Source: Vitrella brassicaformis CCMP3155
Taxonomy: Eukaryota; Protista; Chromerida
Length of the DNA stretch: 64,000 nucleotides
Direction: 5' to 3'
NCBI GenBank assembly: GCA_001179505.1
Contig: CDMY01000327.1
Span: 55,525 to 119,524 of the forward strand
Shown piece after piece: positions 38,455 to 50,356 of the stretch (the first letter of the stretch is position 1; each line of letters starts with the position of its first letter). The position numbers and the translations under genes are program-made. Below the pieces are notes generated by a model. The model worked only from the letters and a program-made list of their open reading frames with translations, was not told the origin of the DNA and searched no databases.

Positions 38455-41400
38455 TCATTCCTTTCCTCCTGCCTCTCTCTCGGGACTGCCCATTGTCGAT
38501 TCCATCGTACCGCTCTCGTCCTCACGGACGCCGTCCACCATGCCTGTCTCCTCTCCAGGTCGCACACTCGGGGCTTCACCTTTATCGCCTGGCTGCTGCT
38601 GCTTTTGCGCTTGCGCATCTGGGGCAGGTGAGACGGACACGGAAGTCTGTGTGGTGGGAGGGGGAGGGAGGCGGGGGGCGGCTGGGGACTGGGCGACGAC
38701 CTTGATGACGTGTGTGGGCGGGACTTGAAGCTCCTCGTTGACCCTCGACTGCAGATACTGATCCATCAGCTGCTTGAGCTCTTCGTTCTGCTTCTGCAGA
38801 AAGACAGCTGAATCGATGGCCTTTGACCTGAGAAACGCAAAGAGGGGAAAGAGTGCCTGATGGCATCAGTCACACATTCACCCCTTTATGCGATCACCTG
38901 CTGCACAGGAGTTGATAATATTTCAGCAGGAAGCCATCGTGGGCCTGAGGACCACATGCACATCCAATCCACACACCTGTGTATAGAGAAAGGGTGGTTC
39001 AGTAAGCTGGCCGACCTTCCACACACGTGTGTTCATTTCAGGCAGTGCGTGGCTCAGCCTCTCCCAAAACTTCCTCTCCTCTCTACCAAAAAAAGTGAGA
39101 GATGGTCAATTGATTTCGGTCCACACCATTGGGTGTCTCGGCTCACCTTCTCCTCCTTGCCTTCTTGTCTGATTCAGACTCAGTGCCGACCTGAAATAGA
39201 CAAACAGCGTTGACATGCATACAAAGACAGACCGAGGCCCTCACTCCATCTACCTTACCTGTGCCCCCTTTCTTCTCTTCTTGCCTCCCCCCGGTGCCAC
39301 GTCGGCGATCTTGAGGTTCTCCTTCTCGTGCAGAAAGTCCTTCAGGAGCCGCAAGACGTCGTCAGCATCAACATAGAGCGTCTCGTCGTCCTCGTCCTGG
39401 CCTGCAGATGAACACACATATAGGCATGTGCGGAGACACAAGACACAGGACGACTGATAGTGCTTTACCTTGGAAGAAGAGGGACACAAGCAGATCAACG
39501 TCTTCTTGGCCCTCCACGCCCAAGTACTTGAGCACGGCGTCAACCTGCACCACGCTCTGCTGGTCAGGGGGCAGGTCCAAGAGTTTGTCCTTGACCTGCA
39601 ATCAACACAGAGGCCTCCAATTATGGAGCCAAAGTGAATCCTGGAGGCACTTTCTGACTTTCTGGTCGAGCAGGAACTGCGTTTCTCCCAGCAAGAGGTC
39701 AAGCACCTTTTTAACCTTGGTGGGAGCATAGCGACCTGGCGAAAAACACCGGGACACACCTGTTAGTCCATGCCTGCGCCGTCATCCATACTTTTTGTTC
39801 CTCCCGATTCGTCGGACACTTTGGTAGTGGATTTGCCGGTCGCGGTGCCCGACTCGCTGTACACCTCCACCTCGCTCATGAGGGCCTCCTCGCGAGGAGG
39901 ACTCCAATCAAGACCTGACAACGACACAAACAACGTGTGTACGAATGCAAGCGGCAGGGAAGTATGTGCGATTGGCTGACCTAGCTGCTGCTCATGTACG
40001 ATGCGATCAGCCTGGAGAACTTTCGCAATCAGTGCCCGGGCCTAACCAGAAAAGGAAAGGTGACAATGGGCGGGCGCCCTTTGCAGACGCGCCGAGTGCC
40101 TCCATCCTACTTCTTGTTCGTTCATTTCCCAGACTTCTCGGAACTTCTTTTCATCGGCCAGCTCGAAGTGGTGGAACTTCTCTTGCAGGTCCTCGAATTG
40201 TTTGGTGAGCCTCTTGTACTCCTCGGTCAACTCAATGTTCTGCTGCCTGCATCGCATCGACAGACGGTCAGGCGGTGAAGCTCCAGTAGAGTAGCCACTG
40301 TATGTAGTTACTTGTATTTGGTGTCCAGCTTTTGATAGCGTGCGACGAGATTCGTCCATGTCTCACGGAGACGGTTCAGCCTGAGACACGGGAAACACAT
40401 CATTAATGATGCATTGCATCCCGGTATGTGATCGATCGCAGACCTGTTCTTGTACGAAGATAGGATGGTGGAATGTTCCTTGTTCCTCTCAGTCAGCACT
40501 TGGAGGTTGTAGTCGAGTTTCTCCTTGTTCAGTTGGTATGTGGCCACCATTCTTTCCAGGTGCTGCTCCAGCTCCTGTATGCTCTTCTCCAGGCTGATCT
40601 TGCTCTTAGTGTAATCGTCGCTGTCCTGAGTCCGCAACTCATCCAAACGCTCCTGAAACCTGAAGGTTCGCATTTGTCTAGACAGTGTCTCGGCTTTCCT
40701 GTTCCCTTTGCATACTCTTTTTCTCTCTTTTGTCTGGCTTCCATGAATTCGCTCTCCTCCATTCGCCGGCGGCGGTCGAATAGAGAGTCGATCTCACTCT
40801 TGTTGCGCGACTGCATGCATCAAAGACCGTCGACACACTCATGAACTGCTTGTTCGTCCATGGCTCTCTTGCATCCTTTTCTTCTCCCTGACCCTCATCT
40901 CTGCTCGCTCTCTGATGTGGGCCTGCTCGATCGCATCCAGCTCGTCTGCATAGTGCTTCTTGAGGGTCTCGTATTGGCTCCGCATCCGCTGCAGAATCAG
41001 CTTCACGGCCTCTTCTTGGCGCCCAAGGGCTACACAGACATCATACACAGACACACAGCATACAGGCAGACATATCCAAATGTGCAACGTTGTCTCACTT
41101 TTGACATAGTCTTCGTCGTAGTTTTTGAGCTCGGTGAGGAACTCTCGAATGCGCCTGTCTTTGCCGTCGAGGATGGCCTGGCAGGCGTTCTGCTGCTGGG
41201 ACAGCTCCTCCTTGAGCTGACTGGGGTGCTTCATGTCCTCGGACAAAAGGTCTTCCCACCGCAGTTCCACTGCCGCTATCTTGCGAGCACCCAATAGGCA
41301 CTCCTGCTCGAGAGCCTCAGACCTGCACAGAGAGGGGATGGTGTGGCCGTGAAGGGCCGAGGCACTTGTGCTCTGACCTTTCCATCCTTGCCGTCTCCTC

Positions 41401-41752
41401 GAGTATTCTTCTGGCGTTTTCTTCTTCATCGCCCTTTTGGCGCACCGCTGTCAGCTCGTCCCATGTGTCTTTCTTGACCTTCTCGAGCAGCGTGAAGCTG
41501 TCGTACACCTGCTGCTTCCCGACGGACAGGGTCTGGGAGGGCCGTTTGCTCCCGCCTGCAGCTGCGGCACTCGGGGACTCGCCCTCGACTTCCGTCGCTG
41601 GGGGAGCACACAAATGACAAAGAATACCAAGAGAAGCACAAGGTCTTCTTCTGCAGTGCAGGAGGGGGCTCACCTTCCTTCTCTTTCTTGAGTCGCGCCT
41701 CAACCCGCTTTCGACGGATAGCAATGCGCTCTTCGGCCGTTGTGCCCAGCAT
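38455..41752 (-). CDS. DRC1: Dynein regulatory complex subunit 1 (CCDC164/NYD-SP28 family)
   Basis: EERIAIRRKR, QQNACQAILDGKDRRIREFLTELKNYDEDYVK, MVATYQLNKEKLDYNLQVL, LTEEYKRLTKQFEDLQEKFHHF..VWEMNE, and C-terminal QNEELKQLMDQYLQSRVNEELQVPPT. Confidence 0.9.
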
Positions 41753-41963
41753 CGTGACAACCGGGAACGCGACAAGAAAGAAGCAGCTTGGAAGCAGCCC
41801 TCTTCGCCAACTTGTTTTGTCCCTGCCCCCCGCTTGTTGACAAGCTCGCAAAAAAGAAGGGGGTTCTCCAGGATGGCTGACACATTCACATAACTAGAGT
41901 GGAGGAGGGCAGCACTTCTGGTGAGAAAAGAGGGCCTCTCCATGAATGATGGAAAGCGATCGT

Positions 41964-41977
41964 CTAGGGTTTTGCGG
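41964..41977 (-). promoter_or_regulatory. Telo-box-like CCGCAAAACCCTAG in the DRC1/molybdoenzyme divergent spacer
   Basis: ctagggttttgcgg on the plus strand. Confidence 0.4.
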
Positions 41978-42174
41978 TTTATTTGCAGGCGAATTGGAGG
42001 GGCCAAAGAAGCCTCTGCCTGCCCCGTCGCTGGACACCTTTGATTTCACACTTGTCATCACCAACATTTGCAGATCTACGCAGAACGCGTCCACAGCGAG
42101 GTAAAGTACGTACTGCCTTGTTGCTGGCGTCCTCTCATCTCCCTGCCTGTCGTTGTGCACGCCCCTCCCTCCAG

Positions 42175-43827
42175 ATGTCTGACACAGATTCGACGGCGAC
42201 GCCCACCCCAATGGGAAGTGCAGGCGTTCCGACGCAAGGCAAGTCGCTCTACCATACCATCCGGATGCCCAAGGGCGACACCGTCTTCGACGGCACAGCA
42301 GACACACCCGATGACAAATGGTGGGCGAGGCGAGTGGGGGAGGACGCAGATCAATTGCCTATCTTACTCGCTGTGTCTGTGTGTGTCTGAATGCAGGATC
42401 AAGAGGCGGCCTGAGATGGTGCGTTTGACTGGGAAGCACCCCTTCAACAGCGAGCCGCCTCTGACCCTCATCAAGGAGTCCTTCTACACACCACAGGAGC
42501 TCCTCTACGTCCGAACACACGGTGAGGACGAGGCGACATGCACATGACACGCACAAGACTTTGCAAATGTCTGAACGTCTGTCTGTCTGTCCGCAATGTC
42601 TTCCAGGCGACACTCCGCAGCTCGACGAGAAGACCCACAGCGTCAAGGTCGACGGTCTGGTGTCCAAGCCTCTCACGCTCTCTGTCGAGCAGATCAAGCA
42701 GTTCTCCAAGACCGACATCTCCATGGTCATGGTCTGCGCCGGCAACAGGCGGAAGGAGCAAAACATGATCAAACAGACAGTGGGGTTCAACTGGGGGCCC
42801 ACGGGCTGCGGCAACGTCATCTGGACCGGTGAGCAGACCAAAGAAATGGATTAATTCCACCAAATGGGCAGTGGACGTGTTTGCTGTGTGTGGTTGGCCT
42901 GTTAGGTTGCCTGTTGCGGGATGTGTTGCTGCATTGTGGTGTGGACACGGAGGAGGCACGGCACGTCTGCTTCGTCGGTGCAGACAAGCTCGCGTAAGCT
43001 TGCCGAAAGAAGCGACAACAAAGCCCGTCAGGCCGGCCACTGACGTGTCTGTGTGTTTGCAGTCATGATCACTACGGTACGTCCATTCCGATGTCGAAGG
43101 TGATGGATCCCGAGGGCGGCGTGCTGCTGGCGTGGGAGTGCAACGGAGAGCCCCTCCTGCCCGACCACGGATACCCAATACGTGTTGTCATGCCGGGTAC
43201 GTCACGGGCATGAGACACTCTCACACACATCCACCTCACCTGCATATGGCGTATGTATGTTGGTCTCTGTGTGTGTGCAGGGTACATTGGTGGCCGTGCG
43301 GTCAAGTGGCTGACCAACATCAGTGTGTCCAAGGAGCAGAGCACCAACTACTACCACTACCGCGACAACAAGGTGTACCCCAGCCACGTCGACCAGCAGA
43401 ACGTCGGCCCCGAGGGATGGTGGGAAGACAACACATGGTGCATCAACGTGAGCCGTCACACTACCCGCACCAGCGAAAACCGAGAAGCGCCTTCATTTCA
43501 TCTCATATTTGATGTGTGGTCCTTTTGCTTGCATCACATGCAATGCAGGATCTGAATGTGAACGGAGCGATCACCAACATCCTGCACCAGCAGACCCACG
43601 ACATTTCCAAGCCCCTGAAGCTCTCGGGCTACGCCTACTCGGGCGGCGGGCACCGCATCATCCGGCCCGAGGTGTCGATCGATGGCGGCAAGACGTGGAA
43701 AATGGCCACCATTACCGTCGAACCCAAAACACGTGAGGGAGGGACGGAGGGAGGGAGGGAGGAAGAGAGAGGGAGGGAGAAAAGCCAGAGGGGCGTCGTT
43801 GTCGCCTTTGTGGATGTGTTGTTCTTG

Positions 43828-43865
<38 letters not shown>

Positions 43866-44418
43866 AGTATGGTCGCACTTACGAGTGGTCCTTCTGGGAG
43901 ACGGAGGTGCAGCTGACGCCGTCTACTGAACAGATCTGCTTCAGAGCATGGGTAAGGCGCGAACAGAAGACATGCCCGTGCACACTACACCCGTCCCTCC
44001 TGTCCACACCGCATGCGTCCGTCTTGCTGCCCTCCCTTGTGCATTGCAGGACGATGCGATGAATGTCATGCCGGACCGGCCGAATTGGACTCTGATGGGC
44101 ATGCTCAACAACTCCTGGTACCGCATCCAGGTCACCAAGAAGGCAGCCAACACCGTCGAGCTCGGCCTGCCCCACTGGGCGCACAAGGACGCACCCAACC
44201 ACCCTCTCAACGTACTCAAGGCACCACACATCACCGACACACTTGGCGGCCCCACCAGCACCACAACCACCACAACCACACCAGCAGCATCGGCCAGCAA
44301 GGGCGGCGCGGCACCAGCTGTCGCTCCATCGGTCGCCTTGATGGGCGGCATGGCGGTTACATGCAGCCTGGCCGCCGGGCTGCTGGGGTTTGCGCTCGCG
44401 CAGAGGAAGACAGTGTAG
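42175..44418 (+). CDS. Nitrate-reductase-type molybdopterin (Moco + dimerisation) protein with no haem/FAD domains and a C-terminal hydrophobic tail
   Basis: [111 protein letters not shown], then a Thr-rich linker and [28 protein letters not shown]. Confidence 0.9.
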
Positions 44419-45108
44419 GCAGGGCGGGGAGGGTGGCCGACCCGGGGTGCGGTGCGTGCGTGAGTTTGTTGTGCATGTGCTGTGCATGCGTCGAGTCGAG
44501 GGGTGGTGCTGTGTTGTATAGCGGTAGCCAGGTAACTGACTGACGGGGACGGTCCGGAATGGTTGGGCCAGCCAGTTGTTTCTCGATTGGTGGCGGCGTA
44601 CTCTGCAGGCAGATCGGATCACTTTTTTGACCGTGAATGCCTGTACGTGTGAGTGCCGTGCCCTTCTCGCGTAGCTAGGTGCAGTGCATCCACGAACCTT
44701 GTGTGTGTGTCTGGCAGCAAGAGGGCTGCCGGTTTTGGGGGATTGCTGCGCTGCGTTGATTGCCTGGCGCCATTTTGCGTCCATGCATTTCCTAAGCCTC
44801 ATCAGAAGCCCTACTAAAACATGTTCGTTCGTGTGCTTTGATTGCATGTCTGTCTGTCTGTCTGGCTGTCGATGCGATGAGTACGTGTGCGCTGTGCGTG
44901 GGGATGGCGCAGCAAACCTTTGATGGCTGACCGATCGAATGGAATGGTTCGTTCTTTTGCGGAGATGCATTGCATTGGAAAAGGCATGGAGGCAGGTCCT
45001 ATCCTATGTATACATCGGATGTAAGCAGGACATGCAGACAGGTCCATCCATCCATCCATCCATTCACCACCGACCAGTGTCGCAGTCGATCAACAGCCGC
45101 TGTGCCAT

Positions 45109-48100
45109 CTAGCTGTCCTCCAGCCTCCTTCTCTTGGCCTCCCTCTCCACACCCTCACCTGACACATTGAGGCAGACATCACAGATAGCCATGACGCACA
45201 CAAGGAATGCGTGTATGTCACGCTGATCTGGCTCATCCCCTCCCCCCATCTCACCCTCTTCCTCCTCCTCTTCCTCCTCCTCCTGCGGCTGCTGCTGGCC
45301 ATCGCCATCATCGGCATCGCCCTCCCCATCCAGATCTGCACACGCAACATATGTGCAAACGTACAAGTGAGCCCAGACACAAACACCGCCCCCCACTGAC
45401 TCCTCTGACTCCTCACCCTCATCGCTATCGTCGTCATCGTCACTATCCTCGTCCGCACCCTCTTCTGCACAAACCACACACCGATTCATCCAGCCGACCT
45501 ACCGAGATGGAGGCGGCTGGCTGCACACTCACCCTCCTCCTGTCGCCACTATCGCCATTGCCCTCTCCATCGACGTCGGCATCCATGTCTGCACAAGCAT
45601 ACTCAAGACACACAAACATGAAAGTGGGCCCAACCACACACACACATGTATTCCACTCACCCTCATCGCTGTCGCCGTCATCCGCACTGTCATCGTCATC
45701 CTCTGCACACACACATACATACATATGAGCAAGACACCTAGCAAGGCAGGCTGGGCACCACACACACCACTTACCCTCACTACTATCGCCATCGACGTCA
45801 TCCGCACCCTCCTCTGCACAACGCCACACACACCGATTCATCCGACCGACATACCGAGATGATCCACACTGATCCATTCATTGCTCATCCGTGTGCCGCC
45901 CCTCCTTGTGCTTGCCTGCACTCTGCCCGCCACCCTCACCACCACCACCACCATCAGCTGGGGGGAGGGCTACATCTAGCTGGCTGCCGAACATCCTCAC
46001 GGCGTCGGCGGCTCCCATCACCTCCCGCACCACCTTCACTGTCTGGGGGAATCTGGCGGCTCCCTCCTTGCCAGCCATCGGCGGCTCCGTCGTGCGGAGG
46101 TAGACGGTTGCATAGCCTCCATCGACGTAGAGATGTGCCGCGAATGTGTGGTCCGGCTGGTCGCCATGCAGCACTATCATGCGGCCGCGGCTTGTGGTGC
46201 TGATGGTGTGGCAGCCCCAGACGGGCGGCGGCTGAGTGGCGAGCTGCCGCTGAAGGGAAAAGGATATGACAATGAGTGAGTGGGACAGCTGGTGAGGCAA
46301 TCGTGGGTGTGTTCCCTGACCAGTCGGTTGTAGCTTGAGGGATCTTCATGCTGCGGGAGCGTCTGCTCGCGACCTGGCCGCATGGTGGTCGCGCATCCTG
46401 CATCCTGGTCAGACACATCATGGCACAGCGGTGCAGCCAATGTGTTAATGTGATCGTGTGTGTCATTCTCCTCATGTTTCTCACTCATACAACACGGTGT
46501 TGCGGACTGAAAAAAACTCAATACCTACACACAGACATGCACACACACAGCCTGATGGTCCGTTGCCCATTGCCCTTTCCCTACCTCCCCCCTCACCATA
46601 GTACTCACACACGGGGTTCTTCGGGTCATATCCATTGCGGAAGGGGTGGTCGGCCCACATCGTGTGCAGTGTGCGGATGGTCAGCCGGTGCACACCCAGC
46701 CGCTCCTCGCCGTCGACGCGCTCGAGCGTCACACCGAGATGGCGCTGGATGAGTGAGAGCTGCCGCAGCGCCTCACACCGCCCGTCGAACACCGCCCGGC
46801 TGCTCACCCCCTCCACATCAGCACTGCCCACCTCTATCGGCAACCGCTCCACCCGCCCCTGGTGCTTGGCCACCCTCACTATGGGCTCCCACCCCTCCCA
46901 CTCGCCGCTGTTGTCGATGAAGTACACCAGCCGCAGCAGATGGCCGACGGATGGCAGATCGTAGCTGATGATGTCCTGGATGTCTTTGGCAGCGAGCTGG
47001 GCGTCGATCAGCGATCTGAGCAGGTCCGCAGAGACCCGCTCTCGGCCAAGGCGGCATGTGGTGCGGATGCGGGCGAGGCTGACGGCAAGGTCGCCGCCGA
47101 GGAGGGGGAAGAGGACCCCCTTCTCGACCTCCTCGAGCAGCTTAAACAGGCGAGGCTGATGGCCAGACAGAACAACAAGGCAACCAGCGGAGAGGAGGGA
47201 GGCGGTGTGGGCTGCTTGCTTCATTCGTGTGTCTGTGGCTGCCTGAGTACCATGCTGTTGTCGGTATCCTCATCTACAGGTTGCTCCACTGGTACGTTCT
47301 CAACGAACCTGAAGCCCTTGTGGACCTGCACACACATCACATCAGACAGAACACACACAGGATCATTCAAGCAGTGGAGGTGGAGGCAGCTCTGCCTACT
47401 CCCAGACGTAAGTACCTGTTGGCCGTGCGGCGATGCCTTGGCCTGGTGCGGCACCACCACAGTGAACTCCTCTGTCCCCTCTATTTCCCTCATGGACACT
47501 CTCGTCGCCCCGCCGGCTTCCTCAGTGCGATAGACGTCGGCCTTGAGCCACACATAGCTCTTATTGGCACCCCTTCTGGTGCTCGACGTCAGCAGCACAC
47601 GCGTGCCGGTCTTGTAGCGCTCGTGGGAAGACGGCAGCATCTGATGGATGGATGGATGGATGGAACCAACAAACCAATCGACCAAATGAACGAGTGAGTG
47701 AATGGGGTACCTGTGGCTGCGGCAGGTCGGCGGCGCGGCGTGTGAGACCGCCACCGCTGTCTATGTCCATCAAATCACCGCCTGGAGTGTTGGACGGCAT
47801 GGCATGTTGTCGTGTGATGTCACTCACTCACTGACTGACCTTTCTCCTTGGCCTTGGCCTTCGCCATTGGCTTGGGTGCAGCCATGAACTTGGCCTTGGC
47901 CTTGGCCTTGGCAGCATCCATCAACATCGGAGCTGACACCATTCCACGCCCCAGACAACACACACAAAACAGGGAGAAGTGAGTCGAACGACCGGTGCAC
48001 TTGTATGCCGCGTGCTCTGTCTAGATGTGTGTGTGTACCATTGTGTTGCGAAAGGTAGCCCATCGCCGAACCTGCAGCAGGTGGAGCAGGTGCAGCTGCC

Positions 48101-49818
48101 ATCCTGGTCAGACACATCATGGCAGAGCGGTGCAGCCAATTTGTTTTATGTGATCGTGTGTGTCATTCTCCTCATCTTTCTCACCGACACGACACAGCGT
48201 CGCGAACTGAAACATAGTCAACACCTGCACACAGCAATACACACACACAACCCAATGGTCCCTCTCCTATAGCTCTGCCCCCTCCCCCTCACCATCATAC
48301 GCACACACGGGGTTGGCCGGGTCGCGGAAGGGAAGGTCGTCCGGCAGCGTGTGCAGTGGGCGAATGGTCAGCCGCCGCCCATCCAGCTGCTCCTCACCGT
48401 TGTTGTCGCGCCCGAGCGTCACACCGAGGTGCCGCTGGATGAGTGAGAGCTGGCGCAGCGCCTCACACCGGCCGTCGAACACCGCCCGGCTGCCCACCGC
48501 CTCCACATCAGCACTGGTCAGCTCTATCGGCGACCGCTCCACCCGCCCCTGGTGTTTGGCCACCCTCACTATGGGCTCCCACCCCGCCCACTCGCCGCTG
48601 TTGTCGATGATGTACACCAGATCCAGCAGCAGGTCGAGGGATGTGAGGCCGGGGAGAGTGTGATGACGTTCTTCAGGCCGTTGTCTTCCATCAGGCGGTC
48701 GATCTCCTTCTTGACGCACTGCAGCACAGCGTCGCGAGTGGAGTCGGTGATCTGCGAGAGGAGTGCCTGTCTGGTGGCCCGCGAGTGGGCCGCTTCGCTG
48801 ATCTCCACGGACCAGAGGGGCGGAGGGCTGATGGTGGAGCGGTCCTGATCCGATGACGACGTCGCCTGATGAATGAAACGAACCGACAAGCGACCAAGAG
48901 AGCCATAGTGATGCATATAGTGATGCATATGGCTCTGTGTGTGCGTCCTTCACTCCACCAGGTCTGTGTGTGTCTGGAACTCCTGCTGCTGCTGCTGCTG
49001 CTGCGGCTGTTGGTCGGCCTGCTGTCCGGTGTGCTGTTCGGCCTCCTCTGCGGGAGCGGGAGGTGTCGTGAACTCCTGACGGGGTTGGCTGCTGTCCTCT
49101 GGCTGGACGGCCGGTGACTCGTCCTCCAACACAGTGACACCAGCTGCACACAGGACAAACACACAGAGAGGGGGAGAGGACGGGAAACGTGTTGCACAGG
49201 GGTGATATGGTGTTGTGTGATGGTGTAGTGGTGTGGAGGGGTGTGCGGCGGTGGTGGCGAGGCTTCTCTGACGTGATGCTGACCCCAACGTGGTGGGGTG
49301 CGACCCCTCTGACCACGTGTGTGTGTGTGTGTGTGACTGGTCTACACCATCCCCCTTCCCCCCCACTCACCGGGCTGCTCGTGTGGTTTGCTCTCGGGGT
49401 CCTCCTGCTGCTGGTCTTGGTTGCCATCGTTGCCCTCTCCCTGCTGGTCTCCGTCGACGACAACCACCTCCTGGTGCTCGGTGGTGGTGATGTGGCCGTT
49501 CTCGGGCGCTGGATGCTGTTGCTGCGCCTCAGGGGAGTCGCCACCGTCTTGACCGACAGGGGAGGGGTCTGCACACACGCGCACCACACGCGCACACACA
49601 CACAACACCATGTTGGACGCGAGACACGTGTGGCGTGTGGTGCGGTGTGTGGAGGTGTGTTTTGGCTGCGTATGGGTGTGCGGTGGTGTGTGGTGTCGGC
49701 GCTAGAGGGTGTGTGATGAGATGGCGGGCTGGCGTGGCCGGGGGGAGGTGCCTTGGTCTGTGCGCGTGCCACCCGTGCCCGTCTCCGTACCTTGTTCGCC
49801 GGTTTCGTGGTCTGACAT
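45109..49818 (-). CDS. Lineage-specific multi-exon protein with two copies of an uncharacterised domain, Q/E-rich N-terminus and acidic micro-exon tail; at least one frame break (possible pseudogene)
   Basis: Two paralogous blocks LVY(I/F)IDNSGEW.GWEPIVRVAKHQGRVER.PIE..SADVE..SRAVFDGRCEALRQLSLIQRHLGVTL, linked by phase-compatible small exons; frame switch at about 48650. Confidence 0.6.
45190..45865 (-). repeat. Tandemly duplicated acidic micro-exon/intron units
   Basis: Intron ends atctcggta.gtcgg..ggatgaatcggtgtgtg..tgtgcag followed by (A/G)AGGGTGCGGA occur at about 45860 and 45510; D/E/G-rich micro-exons in between. Confidence 0.75.
46390..48625. repeat. Duplicated exon+intron block (about 46390-46935 vs 48100-48625)
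   Basis: Shared coding sequence (ctggatgagtgagagctg.cgcagcgcctcacaccg..) and shared intron sequence (catcctggtcagacacatcatggca.agcggtgcagccaat..gtgatcgtgtgtgtcattctcctcat). Confidence 0.9.
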
Positions 49819-50213
49819 GGTGCGCAGCCTGTTGGGAAGGCCCTCGCCGTGACCGCCTAGCTCAGTGCTCCTCGGTAAACCTCAACACGTCGCCAACCTG
49901 GACAGACATGCGCACCAAAAACACACATGCGCGAATGCATGAGTTGTCCTGCGAGGATCTCCCCTTCTCGCCCTCGCTCGTGCGCCCCTGATCCGCTGCG
50001 TCTCTCCCTACACGCCTAGCTCCCCGCCCGGATGGATCAGCACACCCCTGTCTGCCCGATGTGCGATGCACCCACCTGGCTTGGCCTGAGGAGGTGCGTG
50101 AGGGCTACCCGTCGCTAAGCCTAGGCAGCCTGGAGCACGTGGAGTCACGAGCAACTTCAAAACTAGGAACGAGGAACAAACGGAGTCGAAACTGCAGAGC
50201 TCGTTCGGTCTTC

Positions 50214-50242
50214 AAACCCTAACCCTGCAAAACCCTAACCCT
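50214..50242 (+). promoter_or_regulatory. Telo-box cluster AAACCCTAACCCT x2
   Basis: aaaccctaaccctgcaaaaccctaaccct lies between divergent starts at 49818 and 50357. Confidence 0.45.
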
Positions 50243-50356
50243 TCCAGTGGACTTTCAAAGCACGACGACGCGAATTGGCTTCATGCAGTGAAGATCTGCC
50301 TTGAGTGGAGCTCGTATTCGGGACTCATCTCGGTTCCGAGGAGTCCCGAAGTGACG

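Noticed and set aside
43879-44970. 363-aa minus-strand ORF
   Set aside because: Antisense shadow of the molybdoenzyme last exon and microsatellite-rich 3' region; no protein-like composition.
47221-47224. Overlapping stop/start (ATGA) suggesting translational coupling
   Set aside because: It lies inside a phase-0 GT-AG intron (..AGCATG|GTACTC..CATCAG|CCTCGC) that joins the two ORFs.
48267-49772. 501-aa ORF taken as one protein
   Set aside because: It runs through introns and off-frame exons; only its last part is the true coding frame.
50214-50242. True telomere or chromosome-fusion scar
   Set aside because: Only a few degenerate units in a promoter spacer; treated as a telo-box-like motif instead.
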